Below are positions 43,760 through 52,048 of a stretch of 63,810 nucleotides of DNA, one piece after another. The notes under the pieces are model-generated. The model was given only the letters and a program-made list of their open reading frames with translations, was not told the origin of the DNA and did no database searches. The position numbers were made by a program, and so were the translations under genes. Each line of letters opens with the position of its first letter. The first letter of the stretch is position 1. Source of the stretch: Candidatus Limnocylindria bacterium (lineage in GTDB: Bacteria > Chloroflexota > Limnocylindria > QHBO01); NCBI GenBank assembly GCA_036380455.1, contig DASVEQ010000035.1:1-63810 (forward strand), in the 5' to 3' direction.

Positions 43760-44985
43760 CGCCGGTGGATCGTAACAGCCCTCCGGCGCGGGCCGGGCTG
43801 ACCCTCGCCCTGCTGTCGGTGGCGCACGCGGCGATCCACGCGCAATCGGCGCTCATGCCGCTCGTCTACCCGCTCGTCATCGTCGAGTTCGCGCTCGACC
43901 CCGGCGATATCGGCACGTTCATCGCCATCACCACCGCGGTCGGCGGCACGATGCAGCTGGCCTATGGCTTTCTCACCCGCTATGTCGCGCGCCCAGCGCT
44001 CCTGGCGGGCGGGCAGCTGCTGTTCGGCGCCGGCCTGCTGGTCGGCGGGCTCTCGCAGTCGATGGCGCAGCTGCTGGCCTCGATCAGCCTCGCGCGCATC
44101 GGCGCCAGCCCGCAGCACCCGGTCGGGAACGCGCTGCTCTCCGACCTCTACCCGCCTGAGCGCCGCGGGTTCGCCATCAGCGCCCACATCAGCGGCGGCA
44201 ACGTCGGGACGATCCTCGTTCCGTTCGTCGGCGGCGCGCTGCTCATCGCCCTCGGTTGGCAGGCCACGATCGCGCTGTTCGGGATCCCCGCCCTGGTCAT
44301 CGGCATCCTGCTGGCCAGCTTCGTGCGCGAGGATCACGCGGCCTACCGCCGGCGCGCGCGGGACTCCGGTTCGGTGCGCTCCCACCTCCGCCAGGTACTG
44401 GGCCGCGGCGACCTGCGGCTCATCCTGGCGGCCTCGCTCGTGGCCGCCGGCGGCCGCGGCCTCGACATCGTGGCGGTGTTCATGGTGCTCTACCTGGCGG
44501 GGCCGCTCGGCTTCGACGACGCCACCGTTGGGCTCCTGTACGCGCTGCTGCTCGTCGGCGCCGTGGTCGGACCGATCCTGGCGGGCACGCTCTCCGACCG
44601 GATCGGTCGGCGCCGGACGCTGGTGGCGTACTACCTGCTCTCGGCGGCCGGCATCCTGGCCTTCGTGGCAGCCGGGGCCAACCTGTTCCTCCTCGTCCCG
44701 CTGCTGCTGCCGTTCGGCACGGCCGTCTTCAGCGAGTCGCCGGTGCTCCAGGCCTACCTCGCCGACCGGGCCACTGGGCCGATGCGCGACGTCGCGTTCG
44801 CGGTGTACTTCACGTTCGCCTTCGGGATCGGGGCGTTCTGGGCGTTCGTCATCGGCCAGGTGGCCGCCACCTTGGGCTACCCGGTGGCATTCGGGGTGAT
44901 GGCCGCGTCGTACGTGGCGGCAGCGGTGCTGCTGGTGGCCGTGCGGAATGGTGGTGGCCTGCCCGGCTCAAGCTCAACACGATGA
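43741..44985 (+). CDS. MFS transporter (different subfamily)
   Basis: About 12 TM segments with a GTLSDRIGRRRT loop motif. The start is uncertain (GTG 43741 or GTG 43765). It is divergent from, and nominally overlaps, the marR start. Confidence 0.8.
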   Translation: MRLRWASPVDRNSPPARAGLTLALLSVAHAAIHAQSALMPLVYPLVIVEFALDPGDIGTFIAITTAVGGTMQLAYGFLTRYVARPALLAGGQLLFGAGLLVGGLSQSMAQLLASISLARIGASPQHPVGNALLSDLYPPERRGFAISAHISGGNVGTILVPFVGGALLIALGWQATIALFGIPALVIGILLASFVREDHAAYRRRARDSGSVRSHLRQVLGRGDLRLILAASLVAAGGRGLDIVAVFMVLYLAGPLGFDDATVGLLYALLLVGAVVGPILAGTLSDRIGRRRTLVAYYLLSAAGILAFVAAGANLFLLVPLLLPFGTAVFSESPVLQAYLADRATGPMRDVAFAVYFTFAFGIGAFWAFVIGQVAATLGYPVAFGVMAASYVAAAVLLVAVRNGGGLPGSSSTR

Positions 44986-45072
44986 GGGCAGTGCGCAGGC
45001 CGCCTGGTGCGGGCGCGAAGCCCGCGTCGCTCCGCTGGCGGCATGGCCGCACCGTAGTGAGGCGGCGCGGCC

Positions 45073-45456
45073 TCAGCAGACGGGCACGCCCTCGCAGATC
45101 TCGTCCACCCGCCGATCGAGGGCGGTGACGCGCGCCAGCACGTCGTCGATGCGGTCGAGGATCTCGTCCGCGGACGATCCGCCGGCCGGCTGGCCGGCAT
45201 CGGACTCGAAGCCCCCGTCCGCGCCGGTGGCGATCAGCCAGTCGCGGATGCCGGATTCCAGCTCCGCCAGCTCGCGCCGCAGGTCGTCGGGCGCGACGGT
45301 CTCGAGTGTGTCGACCCGCGACTTCAGCGCCCCGACCTCGTCACGTGCCTGGCGGAGCTCGTCGCGGAGGCTCATCGACTGGAGCAGGACGAGGACGAGC
45401 ACCGCGGCGGTGGCGATGCCCAGGACGATGAGGATCGGACCGATCGGTGAGCGCAT
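45073..45456 (-). CDS. Membrane-anchored coiled-coil protein, unknown function
   Basis: N-terminal TM helix (ILIVLGIATAAVLVLVLL) followed by heptad-like, charged segments. Confidence 0.6.
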   Translation of the reverse strand: MRSPIGPILIVLGIATAAVLVLVLLQSMSLRDELRQARDEVGALKSRVDTLETVAPDDLRRELAELESGIRDWLIATGADGGFESDAGQPAGGSSADEILDRIDDVLARVTALDRRVDEICEGVPVC

Positions 45457-45491
45457 CCCTCTTGTTGGTCAGCAAGTGTCGGGCCGCGAGA

Positions 45492-45614
45492 TCAGCTGGC
45501 GACGACGCCCGCCTGCACGAGGGCACCCGCGAGCCCGAACAGTGCCGCGGAACCGATGCGGATCACGCGCGGCGACAGCCGAGCGCCGAGCCGCCGGCCG
45601 ACCGCGACCGCCAC
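45492..45614 (-). pseudogene. Possible remnant of a UPF0016/GDT1-like membrane protein C-terminus (40 codons)
   Basis: VAVAVGRRLGARLSPRVIRIGSAALFGLAGALVQAGVVAS resembles the last TM repeat of that family. An in-frame stop lies immediately upstream. Confidence 0.25.
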
Positions 45615-45876
45615 TCACGGCCGAGCTGGCACCTTCGGTCGCGCGTGCTGCAACGAGCGGTTGACCCGTGGGGCGGGTCTACGGACGCCGGAGCGGTCCG
45701 CATGGCCGACCTCCGGCGTCGCCTGACCCGCACATGCGAGTGACTTGCACCAGAGGTCGGCGTCCGGCATCCGTTGACCCGCGGCACGGGTGACCGGCCG
45801 CGGATCCCACGTGCCTTTCGCGCCCGCCGCGACCCGACGCCGGTCGCGGATTGCGCGGGTCCCTCGCCACGGGCCC

Positions 45877-45882
45877 TAGAAT
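45877..45882 (+). promoter_or_regulatory. -10 box TAGAAT, 6 nt upstream of the acs ATG (leaderless-type)
   Basis: cCTAGAATCGGcgaATG, almost identical to the context at 50935. Confidence 0.5.
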
Positions 45883-45888
45883 CGGCGA

Positions 45889-47862
45889 ATGACGACCGAA
45901 GATCGCACCGACGCCGCGACGATCGAGAACCTGCTGAGCGAGGAGCGGACCTTTCCGCCCCCACCGGCGTTCGTCGCCAACGCCCTGCTGGGCGATCCCG
46001 GCATCCACGAGCGCGCCGCGACGGAGGAGGGCTTCCGCGCCTACTGGACGGAGGAGGGGAACCGCCTCGATTGGATGGAGCCGTGGAGCGAGCTCTACAC
46101 CTGGGAGCCGCCGTACGCCCAGTGGTATCTCGGCGGCAAGCTCAACGTCAGCGTCAACTGCCTGGATCGTCACGTCGCGAACGGCCTCGGGGAGCGCGTC
46201 GCCTACTTCTGGGAGGGTGAGCCGGGGGACACGCGCACGATCACCTACGCCGAGCTGCTCGACGAGGTCTGCCGCTTCACGAATGCCCTGCGCGATCTCG
46301 GCGTGAAGAAGGGCGACAAGGTCGCCATCTACATGCCGATGATCCCGGAGCTGCCGGTGGCCATGCTCGCCTGCACCCGGATCGGCGCCGTGCACAGCGT
46401 CGTCTTCGGCGGCTTCAGCGCCGATGCCCTGGCGGGGCGCATCGACGACGCCAGCTGCACCGTCGTCATCACCGCCGACGGCGGGTACCGGAAGGGCGCC
46501 ACGGTCCCGCTGAAGCACAACGCGGACGACGCGATCGCGCGGACCTCGTCGATCGAGCACTGCGTCGTGGTCCGCCGCACCGGCGACGAGGTCGGCTGGA
46601 CCGAGGGCCGGGACCACTGGTACCACGACCTCGTCGAAGGCCGGCCGACGATGGCAGACCCCGAGCCGATGGACTCCGAGGACCTCCTCTACCTGCTGTA
46701 CACCTCGGGGACGACAGCGAAGCCGAAGGGGATCATGCACACGACCGGCGGCTATCTCGCCGGGGTGGCCGCCACCCATCGGTCCATCTTCGACATCCAC
46801 GCCGACACCGACGTCTACTGGTGCATGGCCGACATCGGCTGGGTGACCGGCCATTCGTACATCGTCTACGGACCGCTGGCGAATGCCACGACCGGGATCA
46901 TCTACGAGGGCGCCATCGACTTTCCGGAGAAGGACCGATGGGCGCAGATCGCGGCGAAGTACCGCGCCACGATCCTCTACACCGCCCCGACCGCCATCCG
47001 AGCGCTGATGAAGTACGGACACGACGAGTTCGCCGATGACGACCTGAGCTCGCTGCGGCTGCTCGGCAGCGTTGGTGAGCCGATCAATCCCGAGGCGTGG
47101 GCCTGGTACTGGAAGTACATTGGTGGCGAGCGCTGCCCGGTGGTCGACACCTGGTGGCAGACCGAGACCGGGATGATCATGATCACGCCGCTGCCCGGCA
47201 TCACGACCCTGAAGCCGGGTTCGGCCACCTTCCCCTTCCCGGGCGTCCTGGCGGACGTGGTGGACGAGGCGGGCAGCAGCGTCCCGCTGGGCTCCGGCGG
47301 CTACCTCGTGCTCGAGCGGCCCTGGCCGGCGATGCTGCGCGGCATCTACGGCGATCCCGAGCGCTACGAGCAGACGTACTGGAGCCGCTACCCGGGACGT
47401 TACTTCCCCGGCGACGGCTGCAAGCGCGACACCGAGGGCTACTACTGGCTGCTCGGCCGAGTCGACGACGTGATGAACGTCTCCGGGCACCGGATCTCGA
47501 CCACCGAGGTCGAGTCGGCGCTCGTCTCCCACCCCTCGGTGGCCGAGGCGGCCGTGGTCGGCCGCAGCGATCCGCTCACCGGTCAGGCGATCTTCAGCTA
47601 CGTGATCCTGCGGGCGGGCTTCGAGGCCTCCGACGGCCTCGGCGCGGAGCTGCGCGAGCACGTGGCGGAGATGATTGGCAAGTTCGCGCGCCCGAAGCAG
47701 ATCCTCTTCACCCCGGACCTGCCCAAGACGCGCTCCGGCAAGATCATGCGCCGCCTGCTGCGCGACATCGCCGAGCAGCGAGACCTGGGTGATGTGACGA
47801 CGCTCGCCGATGCGAACGTCGTCAGCACCATCCGCGACCAGTCCGGCCGCGGCGAGGACTGA
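45889..47862 (+). CDS. acs: Acetyl-CoA synthetase (AMP-forming)
   Basis: YTSGTTAKPKG AMP-binding motif, WWQTETG, and the C-terminal SGKIMRRLLRDI motif. Confidence 0.95.
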   Translation: MTTEDRTDAATIENLLSEERTFPPPPAFVANALLGDPGIHERAATEEGFRAYWTEEGNRLDWMEPWSELYTWEPPYAQWYLGGKLNVSVNCLDRHVANGLGERVAYFWEGEPGDTRTITYAELLDEVCRFTNALRDLGVKKGDKVAIYMPMIPELPVAMLACTRIGAVHSVVFGGFSADALAGRIDDASCTVVITADGGYRKGATVPLKHNADDAIARTSSIEHCVVVRRTGDEVGWTEGRDHWYHDLVEGRPTMADPEPMDSEDLLYLLYTSGTTAKPKGIMHTTGGYLAGVAATHRSIFDIHADTDVYWCMADIGWVTGHSYIVYGPLANATTGIIYEGAIDFPEKDRWAQIAAKYRATILYTAPTAIRALMKYGHDEFADDDLSSLRLLGSVGEPINPEAWAWYWKYIGGERCPVVDTWWQTETGMIMITPLPGITTLKPGSATFPFPGVLADVVDEAGSSVPLGSGGYLVLERPWPAMLRGIYGDPERYEQTYWSRYPGRYFPGDGCKRDTEGYYWLLGRVDDVMNVSGHRISTTEVESALVSHPSVAEAAVVGRSDPLTGQAIFSYVILRAGFEASDGLGAELREHVAEMIGKFARPKQILFTPDLPKTRSGKIMRRLLRDIAEQRDLGDVTTLADANVVSTIRDQSGRGED

Positions 47863-47889
47863 CCACCGCCGCCGCCCCGCGGCCGGGCG

Positions 47890-49248
47890 TCACCCGCAGG
47901 GGGCGTCCGGCCACGCGTACGCCGAGCGGTTCGTGTCGCTGGCGAACGCGTCCACCGAGACGTTGATCGGCTCCTCGAGCGGGAATCGTCCGCTCTGGTA
48001 GTCGGCCGCGGCCAGCTTGATCCACGCTTCCGGACCGCCGGAGGCCGGCGACAGCTTCAGGCTGTCCTGGTTGTACACGTGCACGACGCTGCATTGCCGG
48101 GTGCTGGCCGACCGGCTCACGTCGATGGCATCCCCGCGCTGGGTCACGTTGACGTTGAGACAGCCGCTGGTGCCGTCGTTGGCCAGCATGCTCACGATGG
48201 TCGCGATGTTCGTGGACATCCGGTTGTCTGCAGGCCCGCCCACCAGGAGGGTCGGGTGCACGACGGTGGGCTCCATGACCTGCGACCCCAGTGGGGTGTC
48301 GCCGTCTTCGGTGGGCTCGAGCCGGTAGAGCGGACCGTCCCTGGTGGCGCGTCCGCAGGCGCTCACCGCGAGCTCTGTGCTCAGCTCGGGCCGGCCGTCG
48401 GATCCAAGGCGGGCGGTGAAGCACATCTGGTCGCCCATGCCGCGCAACAGCTCGGCTCCGCCGAGGGTGGCGTCGTGGAAGGCCGACGCCGGCAGCGCGA
48501 AATCACCCACGCGGAGCACCTCGTTCGGCGTCGCCACGCCGCTCTCGACGGTGAACACCGCGCGGCGGACCTGTCCGCATTCGCTGATCGTCGGATCCCG
48601 GGCGATGGTCTCGAGGGCGGGAGCGGCCTCCGCGCCGCTGGACGCCCACCCGGTCGCGCCACCGAGCGAGACGACGCGGTACCAGTTTTCGCCGTCGACG
48701 GCGGCCGGGCCTTCGGCCACGTGGACGATCGCCCCGCGGACGAGCCGATACACCGGTGTCTCGCTCGCATCGGGAGCGTCGCGGATCTCGATCTCGTCCA
48801 GCGCGACCGTCGCCCAGCCTGCGACGGCGACCTGTGCCGGCGGGCCGGCGGGTGTCGGCTCGGGGGTCGGGTCGGGCGAGGCCGCTGGATCCGGGCTCGG
48901 GTCGGAAGGAGCCGCGGAGGCCTCTGTGGCGGAAGGAGTCGCCGACGGCAGCAGCGAGGCGACGGCGGCGCCGTTGTCGTCACGCGCGAGCACCGAGAAG
49001 CCGATGAAGCCGACGAGCGCCAGGATGCCGAGGCCCATTGCCCCCAGCAGGACGACCTGCCGATCCAGCGTGCGGCGCCCGGCCGGACCCGGGGAGAAAT
49101 CGCTCTCCGGGGTCGGGCGCGACCGCATGGGGGCGTGTGGCGCCGGTCGGTCTGCCGCCTCGCGGCGAGCCTCGGGCATTCCGGCGCCGGCATCGTCGAC
49201 GTCGGGCTTGGAGAAGATCGACGGTCGGTCCTGGTCGTTGCGGTCCAT
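47890..49248 (-). CDS. Membrane-anchored protein with an SH3b-like domain and a Cys-containing C-terminal domain; unknown function
   Basis: TM helix VVLLGAMGLGILALVGFIGFSVL, a Pro/Ser linker, and an SH3-like segment (IRDAPDASETPVYRLVRGAIVHV...ENWYRV). Start ATG 49248 has GAGGA 7 nt upstream; the longer ORF reaching 49443 is possible. Confidence 0.6.
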   Translation of the reverse strand: MDRNDQDRPSIFSKPDVDDAGAGMPEARREAADRPAPHAPMRSRPTPESDFSPGPAGRRTLDRQVVLLGAMGLGILALVGFIGFSVLARDDNGAAVASLLPSATPSATEASAAPSDPSPDPAASPDPTPEPTPAGPPAQVAVAGWATVALDEIEIRDAPDASETPVYRLVRGAIVHVAEGPAAVDGENWYRVVSLGGATGWASSGAEAAPALETIARDPTISECGQVRRAVFTVESGVATPNEVLRVGDFALPASAFHDATLGGAELLRGMGDQMCFTARLGSDGRPELSTELAVSACGRATRDGPLYRLEPTEDGDTPLGSQVMEPTVVHPTLLVGGPADNRMSTNIATIVSMLANDGTSGCLNVNVTQRGDAIDVSRSASTRQCSVVHVYNQDSLKLSPASGGPEAWIKLAAADYQSGRFPLEEPINVSVDAFASDTNRSAYAWPDAPCG

Positions 49249-49484
49249 GGGCGAATCCTCCGATTCGGCACGCTCGGTGGCGCCGAACACGGACATCCTG
49301 CGCCTGCACCCCTGCGGGAGGACTGCGGAGATGGGACGCATGACCAACGGAGGCTGTGGCACGGGGAACGGGGGGCGGAGCTCGTCCGGCGGGAAATCCC
49401 GGGCCAGCGGCCGGTCGTGAGCGGCTTGCCGGGGGGTGTACATTCAGCGTGCTGCTCGTCCGAGCGAGGTGACGGAGGATTCCG

Positions 49485-50906
49485 ATGAGCCGGCGTGCCC
49501 TGAGCCTGATCCTGCTGTCGGCGTTGCTGCTCAGCCTCGCCCTGCCGACGGCGGTGGCGGCGGCCGATCCGCCGCTGCCGAGGTCGATGGCCGCTGTCGG
49601 CGACTCGATCACCCAGGCGGCCAGCACGGGTGGGACCCTCGGCGCCGACTATCCGCAGAACTCGTGGTCGACGGGCACGAGCTCGACGGTGAACAGCCAC
49701 TACCTGCGGCTGCTCGCGGCCAGCGCGCCGATCAGCGGCCAGAACCACAATCGCTCCGTGAGCGGCGCGATGATGGTCGATCTCGATGGCCAGATGGCGA
49801 ACGTGGTCACGCTCCAGCCGGACTACGTCACCGTGCTCATGGGCGGCAACGACCTGTGCACCGACACGGTCGCCCAGATGACGTCGGTGACGAACTTCCG
49901 GTCGCAGTTCGAAACGGCCATGAACCGGCTCATCGGCGGCACGACCACGACCGTCGTCTACGTCGTCAGCATCCCGGACGTGTACCAGCTCTGGAACCTG
50001 TTCAAGAACAACTTCTGGGCACGCTTCATCTGGTCGAGCGCCGACATCTGCCAGTCGCTGTTGGCGAACCCGACCTCCACCCAGGCCGCCGACGTGCAGC
50101 GTCGTGCGCAGGTGCGTCAGCGGAACATCGACTTCAATACCCAGCTGGCCGAGGTCTGCATGTCGTACGACCGCTGCCTGTGGGACGGGAACGCCGTGTT
50201 CGGGACGGCCTTCACCTCGAGCGACGTCTCGGGCGACTACTTCCACCCCTCGGTGACGGGCCAGGCGAAGCTCGCGGCCGTCTCGTGGGCGGCCGGGTAC
50301 AGCTGGGCGGCGACACCGCCGCCGAACCAGCCACCCAGCGCCGACTTCACGTTCGGCTGTCTCGAGCTGACCTGCACGTTCACCGATGGCTCGTCCGACG
50401 ACGCCGGGATCGCGACTCGAACCTGGCAGTTCGGCGACGCCGCAGGGTCAACCGCGACGAACCCGACGCACACGTACGCCGCCGCCGGCACCTACTCCGT
50501 CACCCTCACCGTGACCGACGAGGAGTCGCTGAGCGACTCGGTGACCAAGTCCGTGACCGTGGCGAGCGAGCCCGAACCTCCTCCGGCCGAGTACGTGATC
50601 GTCGAGTCGCTCACGTCGTCGAGCGAGAGCACCGGAAAGAACACCTGGCGGGCCTCGGTGACGGTCTTGGTCACCGGCCCCGACGGGCGCGGGGTGCCCG
50701 ACGCGGTCGTCACGACCACCTGGTCGGCGGGCGCCGGCGACACCTGTACGACCGGCTCCCTGGGCACCTGCACCGTCCTCAGCGACAACCTCAACAAGCG
50801 CAAGGTGGGGTCGGTGACGCTCACCGTGACCGATGTCAGCCACGCGACGTATGAGTACATTGACCCAGACCCGCTTCCCTCCGTGATCGTGGCGCGCCCC
50901 GCCTGA
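49485..50906 (+). CDS. Secreted SGNH/GDSL hydrolase with a PKD-like domain and a C-terminal beta-rich domain
   Basis: Signal peptide, the GDSIT block, GGND, and DYFHPS (the D-x-x-H block). The PKD-like segment is FTFGCLELTCTFTDGSSD...HTYAAAGTYSVTLTVTD. Confidence 0.85.
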   Translation: MSRRALSLILLSALLLSLALPTAVAAADPPLPRSMAAVGDSITQAASTGGTLGADYPQNSWSTGTSSTVNSHYLRLLAASAPISGQNHNRSVSGAMMVDLDGQMANVVTLQPDYVTVLMGGNDLCTDTVAQMTSVTNFRSQFETAMNRLIGGTTTTVVYVVSIPDVYQLWNLFKNNFWARFIWSSADICQSLLANPTSTQAADVQRRAQVRQRNIDFNTQLAEVCMSYDRCLWDGNAVFGTAFTSSDVSGDYFHPSVTGQAKLAAVSWAAGYSWAATPPPNQPPSADFTFGCLELTCTFTDGSSDDAGIATRTWQFGDAAGSTATNPTHTYAAAGTYSVTLTVTDEESLSDSVTKSVTVASEPEPPPAEYVIVESLTSSSESTGKNTWRASVTVLVTGPDGRGVPDAVVTTTWSAGAGDTCTTGSLGTCTVLSDNLNKRKVGSVTLTVTDVSHATYEYIDPDPLPSVIVARPA

Positions 50907-50935
50907 GCCGGAGCGCTGCACCCGGGGGCGACGGC

Positions 50936-50941
50936 TAGAAT
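50936..50941 (+). promoter_or_regulatory. -10 box TAGAAT, 6 nt upstream of ATG 50948 (leaderless-type)
   Basis: gGCTAGAATCGGtcgATG. Confidence 0.5.
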
Positions 50942-50947
50942 CGGTCG

Positions 50948-51712
50948 ATGGCGCAGACGACGATCGGGGAGCCCACCGAGGCGGCCGCCGAGTACCTGAT
51001 GACGATCCGCTACATGCACGGCGAGGGGCAGCCCGTGATCGCCGCTCGCCTGGCGGAGCGGCTCGGCGTGAGCGCGGCAACGGTGAGCGAGATGATCACG
51101 CGTCTCGTTCGCGAGGGCCTCCTGCTCGTCGACGGCGATACCCGGCAGCTCAACCTCACCGATGCCGGCCGCACCGCGGCCGAGCGCACGTTCCGCCGGC
51201 ACGCACTGTCGGAGTGGCTGCTGACCGAGGTCATCGGCCTCGGCTGGGCGGACGCAGACGAGGAGGCGCACCACCTTCAGCATGCGCTCAGCGATCGCGT
51301 GACCGACAGGATCGACGATCTGCTCGGACGGCCGCCGACCTGCCCGCACGGGAACCCGATTCCACGGGATGGTCACACGCCCGAGCGCCCCGCCGGCGTG
51401 CCGCTGTCGTCGGCCCGCGCCGGCACGGACGTGACGATCCTGCGGGTGACCGAGGAGGCCGAAGAAGACGCGCGGCTGCTCACCTTCCTCCAGGTGAACG
51501 GCGTGCGTCCCGGCCACATCTTCGACGTCGTGGAGGTGGCGGAGCACATCGGGACGATGACGCTTCGTCGAGTCGCCGGGGGAGCGAACGATGGCGCGCA
51601 GGTCACCATCGGCCTCAGCGCCGCGGCCAAGCTCAGAGTGCTCGAGGGCCGTGCCGATCAGAGGCTGTTCCACCGCGTTCCGGAGCGTGCCCGGCTCGCG
51701 GCGGCTGGCTGA
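50948..51712 (+). CDS. DtxR/IdeR/MntR-family metal-dependent transcriptional regulator with a FeoA/SH3-like C-terminal domain
   Basis: wHTH IAARLAERLGVSAATVSEMITRL, metal-site region RRHALSEWLL...EEAHHLQHALS, and PTCPHGNPIP. Confidence 0.85.
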   Translation: MAQTTIGEPTEAAAEYLMTIRYMHGEGQPVIAARLAERLGVSAATVSEMITRLVREGLLLVDGDTRQLNLTDAGRTAAERTFRRHALSEWLLTEVIGLGWADADEEAHHLQHALSDRVTDRIDDLLGRPPTCPHGNPIPRDGHTPERPAGVPLSSARAGTDVTILRVTEEAEEDARLLTFLQVNGVRPGHIFDVVEVAEHIGTMTLRRVAGGANDGAQVTIGLSAAAKLRVLEGRADQRLFHRVPERARLAAAG

Positions 51713-51737
51713 GCCTTCCTGCTAGGATTCGCCGAGC

Positions 51738-51941
51738 ATGGTTCGAGATCGAAGCCGGCGTGCCGTCATCGCTGCCGTCGTCACCGTCCTCTGGCTGGCG
51801 TACATGGCCATCGGCCTGCCGGTCATCGATGCTGCGGCGCCGACCGTCGGTGGCGAAGGCCCCGAGGGCACGGCCGCCTTCGTGGGACTGCTGTTCGGGG
51901 TCGTCACCGTCGGTCTCATCATGTGGGCGGCCTCCGACTGA
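51738..51941 (+). CDS. Small two-TM membrane protein
   Basis: 67 aa with two hydrophobic helices. A TAGGAT box lies 9 nt upstream. Confidence 0.5.
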   Translation: MVRDRSRRAVIAAVVTVLWLAYMAIGLPVIDAAAPTVGGEGPEGTAAFVGLLFGVVTVGLIMWAASD

Positions 51942-52048
51942 GCCTGTCCCTGGGCAGCGGGGAAGCGCCCCTCAGGTGCTCGAGAGGTCGTGATCGGAAG
52001 CCTTCGCTATGATTCGCCGGTGAGCCGTGCACCCAGCGGGCTCCGCGT

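Noticed and set aside
45679-47661. 660-aa minus-strand ORF
   Set aside because: It is antisense to acetyl-CoA synthetase, whose motifs are unambiguous.
48381-50246. 621-aa minus-strand ORF, and the 469-aa plus-strand ORF at 48079..49488
   Set aside because: Both overlap the SH3-domain membrane protein and the SGNH hydrolase genes in wrong frames or strands. Composition artefacts.
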